A stretch of DNA of 64,000 bases from Lama glama (taxonomy: Eukaryota). Every line of letters starts with the position of its first letter. Position 1 is the first letter of the stretch. The position numbers were made by a program, and so were the translations under genes. Under the pieces are notes generated by a model, which searched no databases, had not been told where the DNA came from, and saw only the letters and a program-made list of their open reading frames with translations. The stretch lies in the NCBI GenBank assembly GCA_028534125.1, contig CM052816.1, positions 66,652,001-66,716,000 of the forward strand, written 5' to 3'. This document shows positions 51,961-64,000 of the stretch, piece after piece.

Positions 51961-54900
51961 CACACAACTACTAGTGAGCCCAGGCAATGACTGAATAGAC
52001 ATTTTACGTTAGAAAAATATGGGTGGAAATTTTGGTAGGGGAAAATAGAAAAACAGGGGACAGCGCTGTGGAATTTCATAGTGTTTTTCTATAACCTTTG
52101 TCTTGTTTTAAGGAAAACAAACATGTTGCAATGAATACTTTTTGCTGTAAAATGTCCAGTGGGTATAAACAGGAACATTTCCTTATTTAAGTTTCTGTAT
52201 GTGTGTGGTCTATTGAAAAATAACTCCCAGTAAAGGAAAATGTGATTTATACTCATTTATTCATTTATTTGTTCATTAATATCATCATTAAAAGAAACAT
52301 AAATTGCCTATTTTGTATCAGGTACTTTACAAGGCATTGCAAATTTGAGGAAAGAAAATAAGAGGAAGGAAAGACAAAGAAGAAGGGATTGGTTGTTGGT
52401 ACTTCTAGGTGTGAGAGGAGGGAATCAGGGCTGAAGGAGGTCATGCCTAATGGCCACAGTTCTTTTTACCCGATGTGGAATGTAAGATCACTGGCCAGCC
52501 ATCGATACTTCTACTGCTCTCCCACTGAAGATACTCTAATGGAGAAATTAGCACGTGTTAGGCTCTGTGAGAAACACAAATTTTTGCAAGGTAAATTTTG
52601 ACCTTTGAGGAAGTTTTCAATCTAGCTGGTTCCAAGATATGTACGTATAGACTGTGCCCCACGATGGAAGGCAGACATGACCACTGCCAAGTAAGTCCAG
52701 CAGGTAGTAAGTACCCCTGAAATTCTATGGAGAGAAAGGTTACTGTAGCCTTCCTTCTTGGAGGAGGACTTCCGTTGGAACTGTGAAAAATTGGTAGGCT
52801 TTAGATAAACAGAAAAGAGGTGAGCTGGCAACAGATGACAAAAATCAATGTAAGGAGATGATGTGGCATTTCCCAAGTGGAAAGTTCTTAGAATCATCTG
52901 AAAACTATAGAGGAAGCATGAGTAATTTGCAAGAAGACTAAAAACTTCATACTGATTGGGAGGAGACAGATGCCGAGGTGGCTATTTCTATGAAATCAAT
53001 CTGAGCAGAAACACCTTAGGAATGGCATTATCTGCAGGTTTTGATCTCGTCACACTGAGTCACTTTAAAGGAAGTGACCAGTCCCTGGGGAGTGCTTGAT
53101 GAAACAGGATAGGATCACTTTTGGTTTGGGGTCCCTTTTAGTGTGTCAGGGAAGGATGATCATATACTACATTCTTGGTTCCTATCAAACCCAGCCATGT
53201 TGACTGAGGAAATTCCAGAGTGGAGTTGGGTTCTGTAGCACTGAGCAATCTGTCTTCACGTACACAGACCTGTTTATGCTCACACCTACTCCTTTCAGGC
53301 TACCTTCACCAGCACAGCTACGGAGGCCACAAAACAGATCCATGAGAGAGTAAGTGAGGCACCAGGATTCCTTGTATCTAATGGTCAGGGGTTTTGCCTG
53401 TGGATTTGTGGTTTTCATTGTTCTTCTATCAGAGGAATTTCAAATGACTACTTTCAGCCTCAAAGCCAGGGTTACAATGAATAAGCAACAGATGAACATC
53501 CATCTTGGCAAACATCACACACTTGATCCTCATCTCAAGCCTTAGGCTGAGCATACAACTGTCATAAGCTCCCGTGGTGTCTCAACCAACTCTAGAGTCC
53601 TGGGAGATGGGCAGGTGGGCGAGGAGCATCGTTTCTCTGTAGAATGCCAGCTTTCTGAGATAGGTGCTTGGGATAGCAATAAATCAGTGGGTAGGAAAAG
53701 GACTTATTATACTAATAATTTGTGCAGGGTGTATCAGCATTACATCTGGGCAGAGGAGGCAGGCAGCTCCCTTGTTTTCCATTACTTACGTGGGTTTAAG
53801 AATTTTCTCTATTCAAAACAAATGGGCTGTACCAGAGAAAAGCTACCCACGAATGGGGTCTTTTGCAGGCTCTGCTGAGACATTTATTGACATTGGTTTT
53901 GAATGCAAAATGCCTGAATTGTAATTCATAGCATCGGCAATGTGCTTAACATCAGGGTGTGTGTCTCTGTGCACATGTGGAGAGTGAGGTTACTCTGAGA
54001 TGTAATTTCCCCATCCAAGATGGCTCACTTATTTTGATAGCTGTAAAGGCACAAAAGAGAAGGGCATAGCCTTTGGTTGCAGGTGTTCCTAGGCGAGTGC
54101 AGATTGGCAGGGGCTGGATGGTGGAAAACCTGGAGACTTCCTCTCCAAATAGAAGCTGGGAAATCATCCAACACGTCCCACTTTCCTGAGAGGAAGCAAG
54201 ATGTGGGGACAGGAAGGCTGTGTCAATAAAGCAGTATGGCAAAGCCTTTTGCAATTGTTTTTGCATCATAAATACTCTGCAGTCAAACTTATGAAATTTT
54301 GGTTCTGAACAATTGTAATTTGCTGATATTCTTCAACGAAATTGAAGAGGAACTGAGTTTGTGGTCTCTTCCCGTGAAATCTTCTGTAAAACAACACAGA
54401 AAGGAAACCTCAGCATGGGAGCCACCCTTGTCACACCAAGAGTGCTAATTAGGGCATGGAAGATTGTGCTTCCGCGTCACAACTGCCCAGAAAGAGGAGG
54501 ATGTGCACCTCTCAGGAGGGGTTTCCTGCTTGGGCCAGTAGCCTCAGCTTATGGGACCTTATTGACCTTGCCTTAAGAAATAACCCATTCCACGATTTCA
54601 GAGTTGCTTCCCCAATCTCCATGATACTTCCAAAAGACTCTAGGATAGCTTGCCTTTTCCCTCACCAGCCCTGGTTCCCCCAAACACACCATCTCTCATT
54701 TCTGCCATTCAATTCTTTTGGGCAATGACAATTGAATTCAGTCCAGTCCTTCCCAACTCCATCAGCTCCACCCCTTCTTCCTCTGATTATAATGTCTCAA
54801 AACATCCCTCCCCTTGTCCCCCCTCTGTAGCAGCAGCTCCTTCTGAGAGACAGCAGTCAAAGGGGACACAGAATTATTCTGCTTTCTGCTGCTCCTGCTA

Positions 54901-55424
54901 CTACTTAACTCCATGCCCAGATCTAGAAGAGGAGCTATGTCAGGATACTTTAAAGAAGGCTCTCGGGCTGGGAATTCGAACCTAATGTGATGACACCTGA
55001 ATCGCTTTTTGACAAAACCTCTGAATCAAAATAGCTTGGTCTCTGTAGCAGGTTAGTTTCCTATTTTAAAGAATTAGAATTTAGTACCATGTTGCATCAG
55101 AAGGGAAGCTTTGTGTCCTGGCAGAGGTGTGGAAAAAACATTAAGGGCAGTCTACTGCATTAGGCAAAGCTACTGAAGAAACATGCTGGGTGAAAAAGAG
55201 GGGGAAAAATTGGTGAAAAGATTTTTAGCCTAGGACTTGTAGAACTGCCACATATTTCATTTTCTGCCAGTTCTTTATCTAGTCAACAAATATTTATTGC
55301 TCACAAACTATATGCCAGACATGGTTCTGAGTAATGGGGATATAAGACAAAGCAATAGCAGAGGAAAAAAAACTGCTAGAATAGAGCTTGTATTCTCATT
55401 CAACACATATTTATAAAGCATATA

Positions 55425-55542
55425 CATGTCCCTATTTTCCAGGGATAGCCCTGGTTTCCTCCTACCATTTCACATAATTATTATTACTTCACTTTTTCAC
55501 TCCAGAATTTCTCCATCTGATCAGTAATTTACACAGGCATGC
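55425..55542. mobile_element. MER94/MER81-like hAT-Blackjack MITE
   Basis: tgtccctattttccagggatagccctggtt...cataattattattac...tttcactcc. Confidence 0.5.
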
Positions 55543-56034
55543 TGCCTCTTACACATCAGGAGTTCTGTGAGGCAATGGGCATGCAAGAAGAGCTGGTCTT
55601 CAGGAAACTGTTTAGCAAGGTCAGCAAGCACATAAACAAAATAATTACCATTCGAAAGTGCTCTAGTACAAATAAGTAAAAGTTGCTGAAAGAATGTGCC
55701 TATATCTTTAAAAAAAATAGTAGCAGTTGGCTGGAAGATAAGGGGGAAAAAGTAAAGAGGTAGGATGAAACAGGTTAGAGTTACTATTTTTTTTCTAACT
55801 GGAATAGACAGAAAATACAGTATTTGCCCCTAAGTAAAAACAATGAAGAAAATGACCCACTTGGGGAAGTGTATACAGTACAAGGACCAAAAAATTTGAA
55901 TATGGCAAGAAACCAGAATTTGCTAAAAGGAAAGCATATAGCTGACATAAATATATTTTTAATATATGCTTTTAAATATCTTCTGTCTTTTTTCCCCACA
56001 CTCTGGGCTCCATCTCTGTCGTATGTATACACAA

Positions 56035-56125
56035 ACACAGCTGAAGAATGGAACGTACAGGTATACGTGTATACATATTAATGTATTTGCTCCATATTTA
56101 TATATATTCCATTCTTCAGCTATGT
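56035..56125. repeat. Inverted repeat/hairpin: 19-bp arms (1 mismatch, 15 bp perfect), 53-nt spacer
   Basis: acacagctgaagaatggaa (56035-56053) pairs with ttccattcttcagctatgt (56107-56125). Confidence 0.9.
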
Positions 56126-57089
56126 GATAATCAAAGTAAGGGGTGCCTTGTCTAAGAGACACCCAGAGAGTGCAGACTTCTCCTGAATGCTTTCTAAACT
56201 TCACTCTTTATTTTGAATTTTCCTCTCCCCTTTTTTTCCCTGACTTTTTACTTTCCTTCTCTGAGAGAATTTTGGTTTTCTCTCTTTTTAGAAATAGCTC
56301 AACTGTATTAACCAGTCCCTTTGCTGACGGAGAAGGCCTTTTCGTTGCTTTCTGGGCAATGCCCATGAGGGGATTGACTCTCAAAATTTTCCCTTCATCA
56401 GTCACATGCTGTCAGCTGGACATGGACTTGGCATCGAGCTCCCCACTTCTCCTTCCTTGACATGAAGGAAAACATATGACTGCATGAAGTCATTGAGATT
56501 TAGGGGGCATTTCTTATAGCCTCCAAGTTGATTACTTAAAATAATACACTTTCACCTCCTCCTCACCTTTCCCAGTGAAGTTCTGCAACCTTTAAAGGTG
56601 CATGTGGATGGTTAGAGAAGAATCGTGCTAGTCATTCTCTCATGCTTTCTTTCCCTACTCTGGAACTGGCCTAGGTAGATGAAGAAGGCCCAGGTATTGA
56701 GTTTACTTTGTTCTTCAATTTTCAGTTTTGTTTGTGGCCTATTGGAAGACGTCCTTTTCATGGGCCTGAGTGACCCCTCACTTGATCTGATCATTCCATT
56801 ACTCAATTCTTCCTCCAGTGTTTATCAGAGAAACAAATCACATTGTATGAAGATATCAACTTCCACTCCTTCTTTATTATTCAAATTTTATGAGCACAAG
56901 AAATGTAAAGAGCAATGAACTGGAACTTGTTTCTTTGTCGCTCTCACTATTGGGTGCAGTTTTGGGGGGCCCCTGAACCTCTCTAGTTTGGCTCAAGCTG
57001 ACCTGTCAGGCTCACTACCCCCACAGTCTTCACTCCATTATCCACACTCCTACTAAAGATGTCTCTGCTTTGAGGCAGAAGCCAGAATT

Positions 57090-57560
57090 TGTTTACTTAT
57101 TAAACAAACTTTGAGCCTTAGAGACCAGAAAGTTCTAGGGATCCAGAGAGAAATAAAACAAAAGCCATTGCCTTAAGGAGCCTGCAATCTGGTGGCAGAG
57201 AAAAACATGTCAACCAAGTATTGCAATAGACATTTGATGGAAATATGAACTGATAGTGAGAGAGAGGGCATGAGTAACTATCCAGGATTATCAGGAAGGG
57301 TTTCACAGACCACTTGGCATCTCAGCTGGCTTCACAGGTTGAGAAGCCTTCATCATGAGGAATAGGGAGATAAAGAGAGCACGCTAGGCATGTGATACCA
57401 TAAATTCAAAGGAAACAGAAGGAAGCATGGCACATACAGAGAACTATGAGGAATGTATTATTGTTGAAGCATAATGTTTGTACAGATTGAAGAAATAGTG
57501 TGGAGCTAGATTGAAAGGCTTTAGGAAGCAGCCTAAGGAATCCCAGTTTTATTTGTGGGG
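57090..57560 (-). mobile_element. L2 fragment
   Basis: aataaaacaaaagccattgccttaaggagcctgcaatctggtggcagag...atcaggaagggtttcacag. Confidence 0.7.
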
Positions 57561-58621
57561 AGGGGGCTGGCCTTTAAATAATGCAGCTGTCACAATAAAC
57601 CCATGATTTTGTTTCTAGTCTTGTTATGGCTTGACACCATTTTGTCATTTAAACTGTGTGTGTCTAGGGCTTTCTATGGTCCCTTTGAAGCTTCCTTAGC
57701 TATGATTTCATGTTTGGTGAGTCAGAGGGAAAACGTAGGATCAGGAAGCACTGAACAATGGGACTGGGAATAACCATTCTCCCAGGTTGAAGGCAGCTGA
57801 TAAGGTCAGAGGGTGGGGCCTCCCTCACCATCCTGCATTGGCCAAGCAGAGGCAAACTCCATTTTTCTTTGGAAGAGCAGTGTTGGAAGGTATCAGACAC
57901 AGGGACACCCTGCCCTCCTTAACACCATCATCTGAACATGTACCTACTTTAGTGCCATATACACAGTGGGTGCTCAATATATATTTATTGTTGACAACTA
58001 CACTCACCTCCCTCAAAATACTTATAAAAGGATTAAAAGCAAGGTGTAATCTTCACAACTAAGACTCCCCCAAATAAAATATATTATCATAATACAGGCA
58101 TATGTGTAACTTTTAGATGTATAATAGGTACTTTCTTGTCAAATAATGTACTTTAGTCTGTAAATCTGGAAATATGCAATTATAGACCTAGAATAGTGGA
58201 GCTGGAAGCAAGCTGAGAGTTCATCTAACTCCTTATTTTTACTGATGATGAAACTAAAACTCAGATATTTTGCCAGGTACTAAAAATCTAATAGGATTTT
58301 TAACATAAATGAAGCTCATTCCAGTGAATTTATATCTATTTCCAATAACATCAAAGTTTCTTAACCAAATAGCATTGCTTTTACCTTTAAAATTATTGTC
58401 AGTAATGATCTCAGGATTCTTCTTGGTTCATTATCATTTTCCTCAGTTAAGAAGTTTTCAACTAGACTGAAGTTCTATGAAAGGGAGACATTTTGCTCTT
58501 CTGAATAGTGTGTGGCACATGGTATGTGTTCAGAAATTCCTGTCAAAAGAGATTTAGCCATACCTTCTCCAGTTCCTGCAAAGTCCTAACATTTCTCTTA
58601 GCTAAACATTAGAGATGTTCT

Positions 58622-58799
58622 CTATATTTTATGAAAAAAAATGTTTAAGTGGCAGTTTCTATTTAATTTATTATTTATTTATAGGGGGGGAGGAGGTAAT
58701 TAGGCTTATTTATTTAGTTAGTTATTTTAATGGAGGTACTGAACCCAGGACCTTGTGTATGCTAAGCACGCACTCTACCACTGAGCTATACCCTCCCCC
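58622..58799 (-). mobile_element. tRNA-derived SINE (Vic-1-like) with B-box deletion and extra 3' segment
   Basis: Reverse strand gggggagggtatagctcagtggtagagtgcgtgcttagcatacacaaggtcctgggttcagtacctcc; TSD tagagatgttct (58610-58621) / tagagatattct (58800-58811). Confidence 0.9.
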
Positions 58800-60399
58800 T
58801 AGAGATATTCTTGAAGGACATTATTGAAGGAAGAAATAAGCCATGTCTACAATGTCAAATACTACTTTAAAAACAATCTTTTCACATTGTCTGGAAGCTA
58901 TTACTGAGTGGATTATTCAGGTAGAAACTTCCAGTCTATCTATGCTGACTCTGGTGGACTTTGTCATGCAACCATGTGATGGCTGGTGATCTCTTGCATT
59001 TATAGGGAACATTAGGGTGACCAGAGAAAGCTGCATATGGGTTTTCTTTCTATCTTGAATGTTCAGCTCCTTTTATACTGACCCTGGAATGGAAAACAGT
59101 TCTCTTAAACTTGGCCTTTGGGTATTCTATGAATGTTCCAAACATTCTAAAATCTCTGAGCCAGTGAATCTCAAAGATGCCAGATGAAGAAGGATGCACA
59201 CTATTTGGGAGCCATGGTAAATAATGGGAAAATGATATTAAATAAAATATAAAACCTATTTAATCTATTGTTTTCTGCAATACAAACGACACAACGCCAA
59301 GCTTGTAAGACTCTCGGCTCGTTGGGAGAAGCAAAAGATAACTACAGATGAGGGTGGTGAGAGTATGCAATAACATGTGAAGCCACCAGAGCCCAGGATG
59401 GGAATTAGCTTCTAGGCAGAGCCCACTGGAGAGATGGAAACTGTCAATCCTATGCTAAGTCTGCTAAGTTGTGATAGTGCTGCCCAGCTCCTGGTAACTG
59501 CTACTTATAACAGGTTCAGCTGGAGAATGTGATCCATCTTCAAGGATAAGATCAGGATGGTTCGGGAAATGGCTGTCACATTGTTGACTTTCTCATGACC
59601 TTCCCTCCCATGTCACCCGGCAGGTGCTTTCAGAAGAGTCAGCCCAAAGGGAGGGGGCGGGGGGGATGGGAAGTCCCCCAACAACAACAACAGTTAAGTC
59701 TGATTTTCTCAGTTGATAACCCGGGAATAGGACCCCATGGAAGGCATCAGGATAAACACCTTCATGTTCAGGAAACAACACATGTCACGTGCTGATCACA
59801 GTCTCTTGCTCCATCCCTGGTCAGGGAACACATAAAGCTAAACTCGTGCAAGGTTTCCAGAATCTCAGGAGTCACCTCCAAAAACTCAAGTAGAATAGAG
59901 GCAAAGCTTTATGTCGGGTATGCCTATCACAATAACCTTTGTAATTACACATACTGTAGAAAGAATTGGGAAGGTGGGTTCAGCCCTCACAGGAGAACAG
60001 AATAGGAAGCAAGGCATTGTTTTGGAGTCAAACTTCAGTGATCCTTGTTGGGAGGAGTGGTGATGGTTAGAGGTGGGGAAAGAGTAGCTTTTAGTTTATA
60101 AAACTTGTTTTTGTGACTTTGTTGTTCTGGGAGAATACACTCAAAGTGCTTCTGTTCTGATTAGTACTCCTGCCACCTTGTCGGGTCATTTCTATTAATC
60201 ATATCACTTTTTTTTCAGGAAATAAAGTAGTATCTTGACAAATAACAGAACTGATTGTAAACAAACATTTGCTAAACCACACAGTGGTATCAAGTTCCAC
60301 CTATCGTTTACAGAATGTTTTGAATTTTACTTAGAGGTGGGGCCAAACTTCCTCTTTGGTGGAAACTGGTATGTAACCAACTATTGTTGATGAAGTTTG

Positions 60400-60560
60400 C
60401 ACTCTGTACCAAGCACTGTGTTAAGCACCTTACATTAGCTCATTAAAGTCTCATAACAAGCCTATGAGGAAGGAAATATTATTCCCACTTTGTTGATACG
60501 GAAACTAGCTGAGAGAAGTTAGATAACTTGCTCAATATCATACAGACATTAAGTGGCTTG
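60400..60560 (-). mobile_element. MIR SINE
   Basis: tgtaccaagcactgtgttaagcaccttaca...cataacaagcctatgagg...attattcccacttt...taacttgctcaatatcatacag. Confidence 0.8.
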
Positions 60561-61879
60561 GGATGACGGCATGCAGGGCAGGTAAAGGGGAGGTAAGATG
60601 CAAACCCAAGCATGTTACACTAGACTTTCTTTTGATTTTCACCCTTCTTGAAGGCAGTAATCCCTGGAATACACAAACCTTTAAGCTGCTATGAGCTTAG
60701 TGAGAATGAGCTTCCAGTTCTTTTCTGAAGGTTATGAAAAGCAAAAATGATCCCCAGTAGATCAAGAAGGCAGGGAGGGTACATGTAGAGGGGAAATAAG
60801 GCCTGGAGTTGAGAATTAGGTTGGTGGTGAGCTAGATGGTACTTGGGTGGGAGTTCTCCAAGGCAAACTGCTGGCTTTATAACTCTGCTCAAAGCCAATG
60901 CTTCGTGGATGGTTTTCTGAATTTATCCTTTGATTAATATACCAGAATTCTAAATAACTCAGATAAAATACATGGCAAGTTTAAGGTATTTCCGATTTAT
61001 TCATCCTGAGTAGTCATTGATTTTACAGTCTAAAATAAATGTCTAATTTTATAGTACTTAGCTGGTAAGAACAAGTTGCAGAGGCATTGTGGTGAGGGCT
61101 CATTTGATTAGTCCCTGGTGCGAGGAACTTGCTCCCAGAATTCTGGCATACAAATTTGTAGGCCTATCATTGGTGGTGGAATTTGAGATAGCTTTAGGCA
61201 GGACTTGAGCAGACATTAAAAAAAGAGTGATGCACGTTATTGTTATCTTTAGTGTACAACTCTAGCAAGCCATCTATACTTGTCAAGTTTCCTTGCAGAG
61301 TAAATTTATTTTGGCTAAAACTTCAAGTCAATGTCAACTAAAAATATTAAATAAATTATGGAATAGGTGGTTTGCACCTATGGACCTAAGCAGTGTGAAG
61401 GTGGTGTGCAGTGAGCTTGGAAAAAGTGTTCAGCAAATCCTGCTGAGTTAAATGTGGTTTCCAAGGGCCCATGCAGAAAATCACTTTTTGAATCCTTCAA
61501 AATGATCGCTATTGAAGTTCTCTTCTAAGGTAAACTAATATTTATTTTAAATGAGCCAAATGGATAATATTTAACATTTAATTTGAAAATGAAACAGTAA
61601 AATAGCTGTTAGCATTATTTTTACACATTTCTTTTGCTTTTGCATTTTACATAAGCACCAAGTAAGAGAAGTAAAGTCTGTCATCTGTGTTAAGAGTAAT
61701 TAAAATATTTTAAGTGCCTATATCTATTTAATTGCCCATAGTCCTACCTCCAAGCAATCTGGAGTAGATTTTCTCAGGGGATTATCAAATTTCTGCTATT
61801 CAGTGTGATCGTGGTTGTTTCTGAAATGGTTACTTTGACAGTTCAGAATGATAAATCATTCCACGCCACAGAGGCACAT

Positions 61880-62250
61880 CATCTCAGATGTTCTGCTTAG
61901 CGAACCCCCCATACAACCTATTCCATTTACAGAGGAAGAAACTGAGGCCTGAAACATACCCAAAGGCATGTGGTTAAAATGCAGCAGCTTATTAGCCATG
62001 CCATGAACTTCAAATATTAGAACTGTCACATTGCTAAAATAGAATTCCCTTATTTTGCTGGATTTAATTCATCTTCTAAAATAGAGCATGGTAAGGAAAG
62101 GCAGCCTTTAGAATCCATCAGACTCCTCTTGCACATATCGTGTAATGCTTCCATGCCTCAGTTTCCTTATTCTTACAGTGATTTTTAAAAAATCATAGAA
62201 CTGAAGAAAGGATTGAATGAGTTGACATAGAAATATTAAGCATAGAGCAC
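61880..62250. mobile_element. Two MIR fragments in opposite orientations
   Basis: ccatttacagaggaagaaactgaggcct and ccatgcctcagtttccttatt. Confidence 0.6.
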
Positions 62251-62350
62251 AGTGTCTCTAAAGAAGTTAGTTCTGTTTCCTCTCCACCTTTAGGGTATAC
62301 GTAAGAAAAGATTATTTTAAGGACTAAGAAGAAGATTAAAGAGAATTTTA

Positions 62351-63755
62351 CACACACCTACAGTCAATTAATCTTTGACAAAAGAGGCGAGACTTTACAA
62401 TGGAGAAAAGACAGTCTCTTCAGCAAGTGGTGTTGGGAAAGCTGGACAGCTGCATTTAAATCAATGAAGTTAGAACACTCCTTCACACCATACACAAAAA
62501 TAAACTCACAATGATTTAAAGACTTAAATATAAGACATGATACCATAAAACTCCTACAAGAGAACACAGGTGAAACATTCTCGGACATAAATCATAGCAA
62601 TGTTTACCTAGGGCAGTCTACCCAGGCAACAGAAATAAAAGCAAAAGTAAATAGATGGGACCTAAGCAAACTTACAAGCTTTTGCACAGCAAAGGAAACC
62701 ATAAACAAAACAAAACGACAACCTATGGACTGTGAGAAAAATATTTGCAAATGCAAATGACAAGGGATTAATTTCCAAAATATACAAACAGTTCATACAG
62801 CACAATTAAAAAAAAAAACCCAACAAAAAATGGGCAGAAGACCTAAATAGATACATCTCCAAAGAAGACAGGTAGATGGCCAATAGGCACATGAAAAGAT
62901 GCTCAATATTATTAATTATCAGAGAAATGCAAATCAAAACTGCAATGAGGTATCACCTCACACTGGTTAGAACGGCCATCATTAAAAAATCCACAAACAG
63001 TAAATGGAGACGGTATGGAGAAAAGGGAACCCTCCTACATTGCTGGTGGGAACGTAGTTTGGTGTAGCCAATATGGAAAACAGTACGAAGATTCTTCAAG
63101 AAACTAAAAATAGAGTTAGCATGTGATCCAGTTTTCCCACTCCTGGGCATATATCTGGAGAAAATTCTAATTCGAAAATATACCTGCACCCCAATGTTCA
63201 CAGCAGCACTATTTACAAAAGCCAAGACATGGAAAGAAACTTAATGTCCATTGATAGATACTTGAATAAAAAAAAGTTGTGTAAACAATGGAAAACTACT
63301 TAGCCATAAAAAGAAATGAATTAATGCCATTTGAAGCAATGATGAACATAGAGATTATCATGCTAAGTGAAGTAAATCAGACAGAGAAAGACAAGTGCCA
63401 CATAATATCATTTATATGTGGAATCTAAAAAATGATACAAAAGAACACATTTAGAAAACAGAAACAGACTCACAGACAGAAAAAAAATTATGGTTAACAA
63501 AGGAGTAAGAGGGGGGAGATAAATCAGGAGATGGGGATTAGCAGGTACAAACTATTACATATAAAATAGATAAACAAGGTCCTACTGTATAGAATAAGGA
63601 AGTATACTCAGTATCTTGTGATAACCTATACTGGAAAAGAATATGAAAAAGAATATATATATAAAACTGGATCACTATGCTGTACACCAGAAACTAACTC
63701 AACATTGTAAACCAACTCTACTTCAATTTAAAAAGTAATAATAATAATAAAAAAT
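62351..63755 (+). mobile_element. 5'-truncated LINE-1 (ORF2 C-terminal part, 3'UTR, A-rich tail), ORF2 disrupted
   Basis: [32 protein letters not shown] peptide; caattaatctttgacaaaagagg; 3' end aacattgtaaaccaactctacttcaatttaaaaagtaataataataataaaaaa. Confidence 0.95.
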
Positions 63756-64000
63756 AGACAATTTGATAAGCAGCTTTCTTATTGGCAATTACAATGCTGT
63801 AAGTGAAGGCAGCTTTACACGGAAAAAAATATGATCAAATAAATTTTAGAACTCTATCCATAAGCATAAATATACTTTCCATAGTTATGATTCATATGCA
63901 CCTATTATTTAGTTTTTACTTTTGATACATAAAGTGACTTTCTATAGATTTTCATGTTGCCTCAGCCACATTTTTCTGGCTTTTGACCATCCAGGAGAAT

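Noticed and set aside
1..64000. CRISPR arrays, operons, prokaryotic systems, and the remaining 60-130 aa ORFs of the track
   Set aside because: The sequence is clearly mammalian; no regularly spaced repeats; the other ORFs are of chance length, often start at non-ATG codons or lie in repeats

Overview
Mammalian, AT-rich, repeat-dense genomic DNA with no intact protein-coding gene, tRNA, rRNA or CRISPR array that I can support. Three tRNA-derived SINEs resemble the camelid Vic-1 family, and the young L1 and ERV1-type LTR copies look cetartiodactyl, so a camelid source (alpaca/llama/camel) is inferred. Much of the window is transposon relics (L1, L2, MIR, MaLR/ERVL LTRs, hAT MITEs) plus microsatellites and one 100-N gap. 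Repeat family names are from recall of consensus sequences, not a search. Two things stand out. First, a chain of about 11 exon-like segments on the + strand (976-16464, possibly to 20766) has consensus splice sites and concatenates into one stop-poor but broken frame: a candidate decayed multi-exon gene that I cannot name. Second, a TSD-bounded L1 (8441-11383) keeps its 5'UTR, ORF1 and 3' end but lacks almost all of ORF2, with the junction at an AG (half-L1 or spliced L1). Smaller points: a SINE with an apparent 3' read-through tag and an unexplained ~90-nt hairpin.
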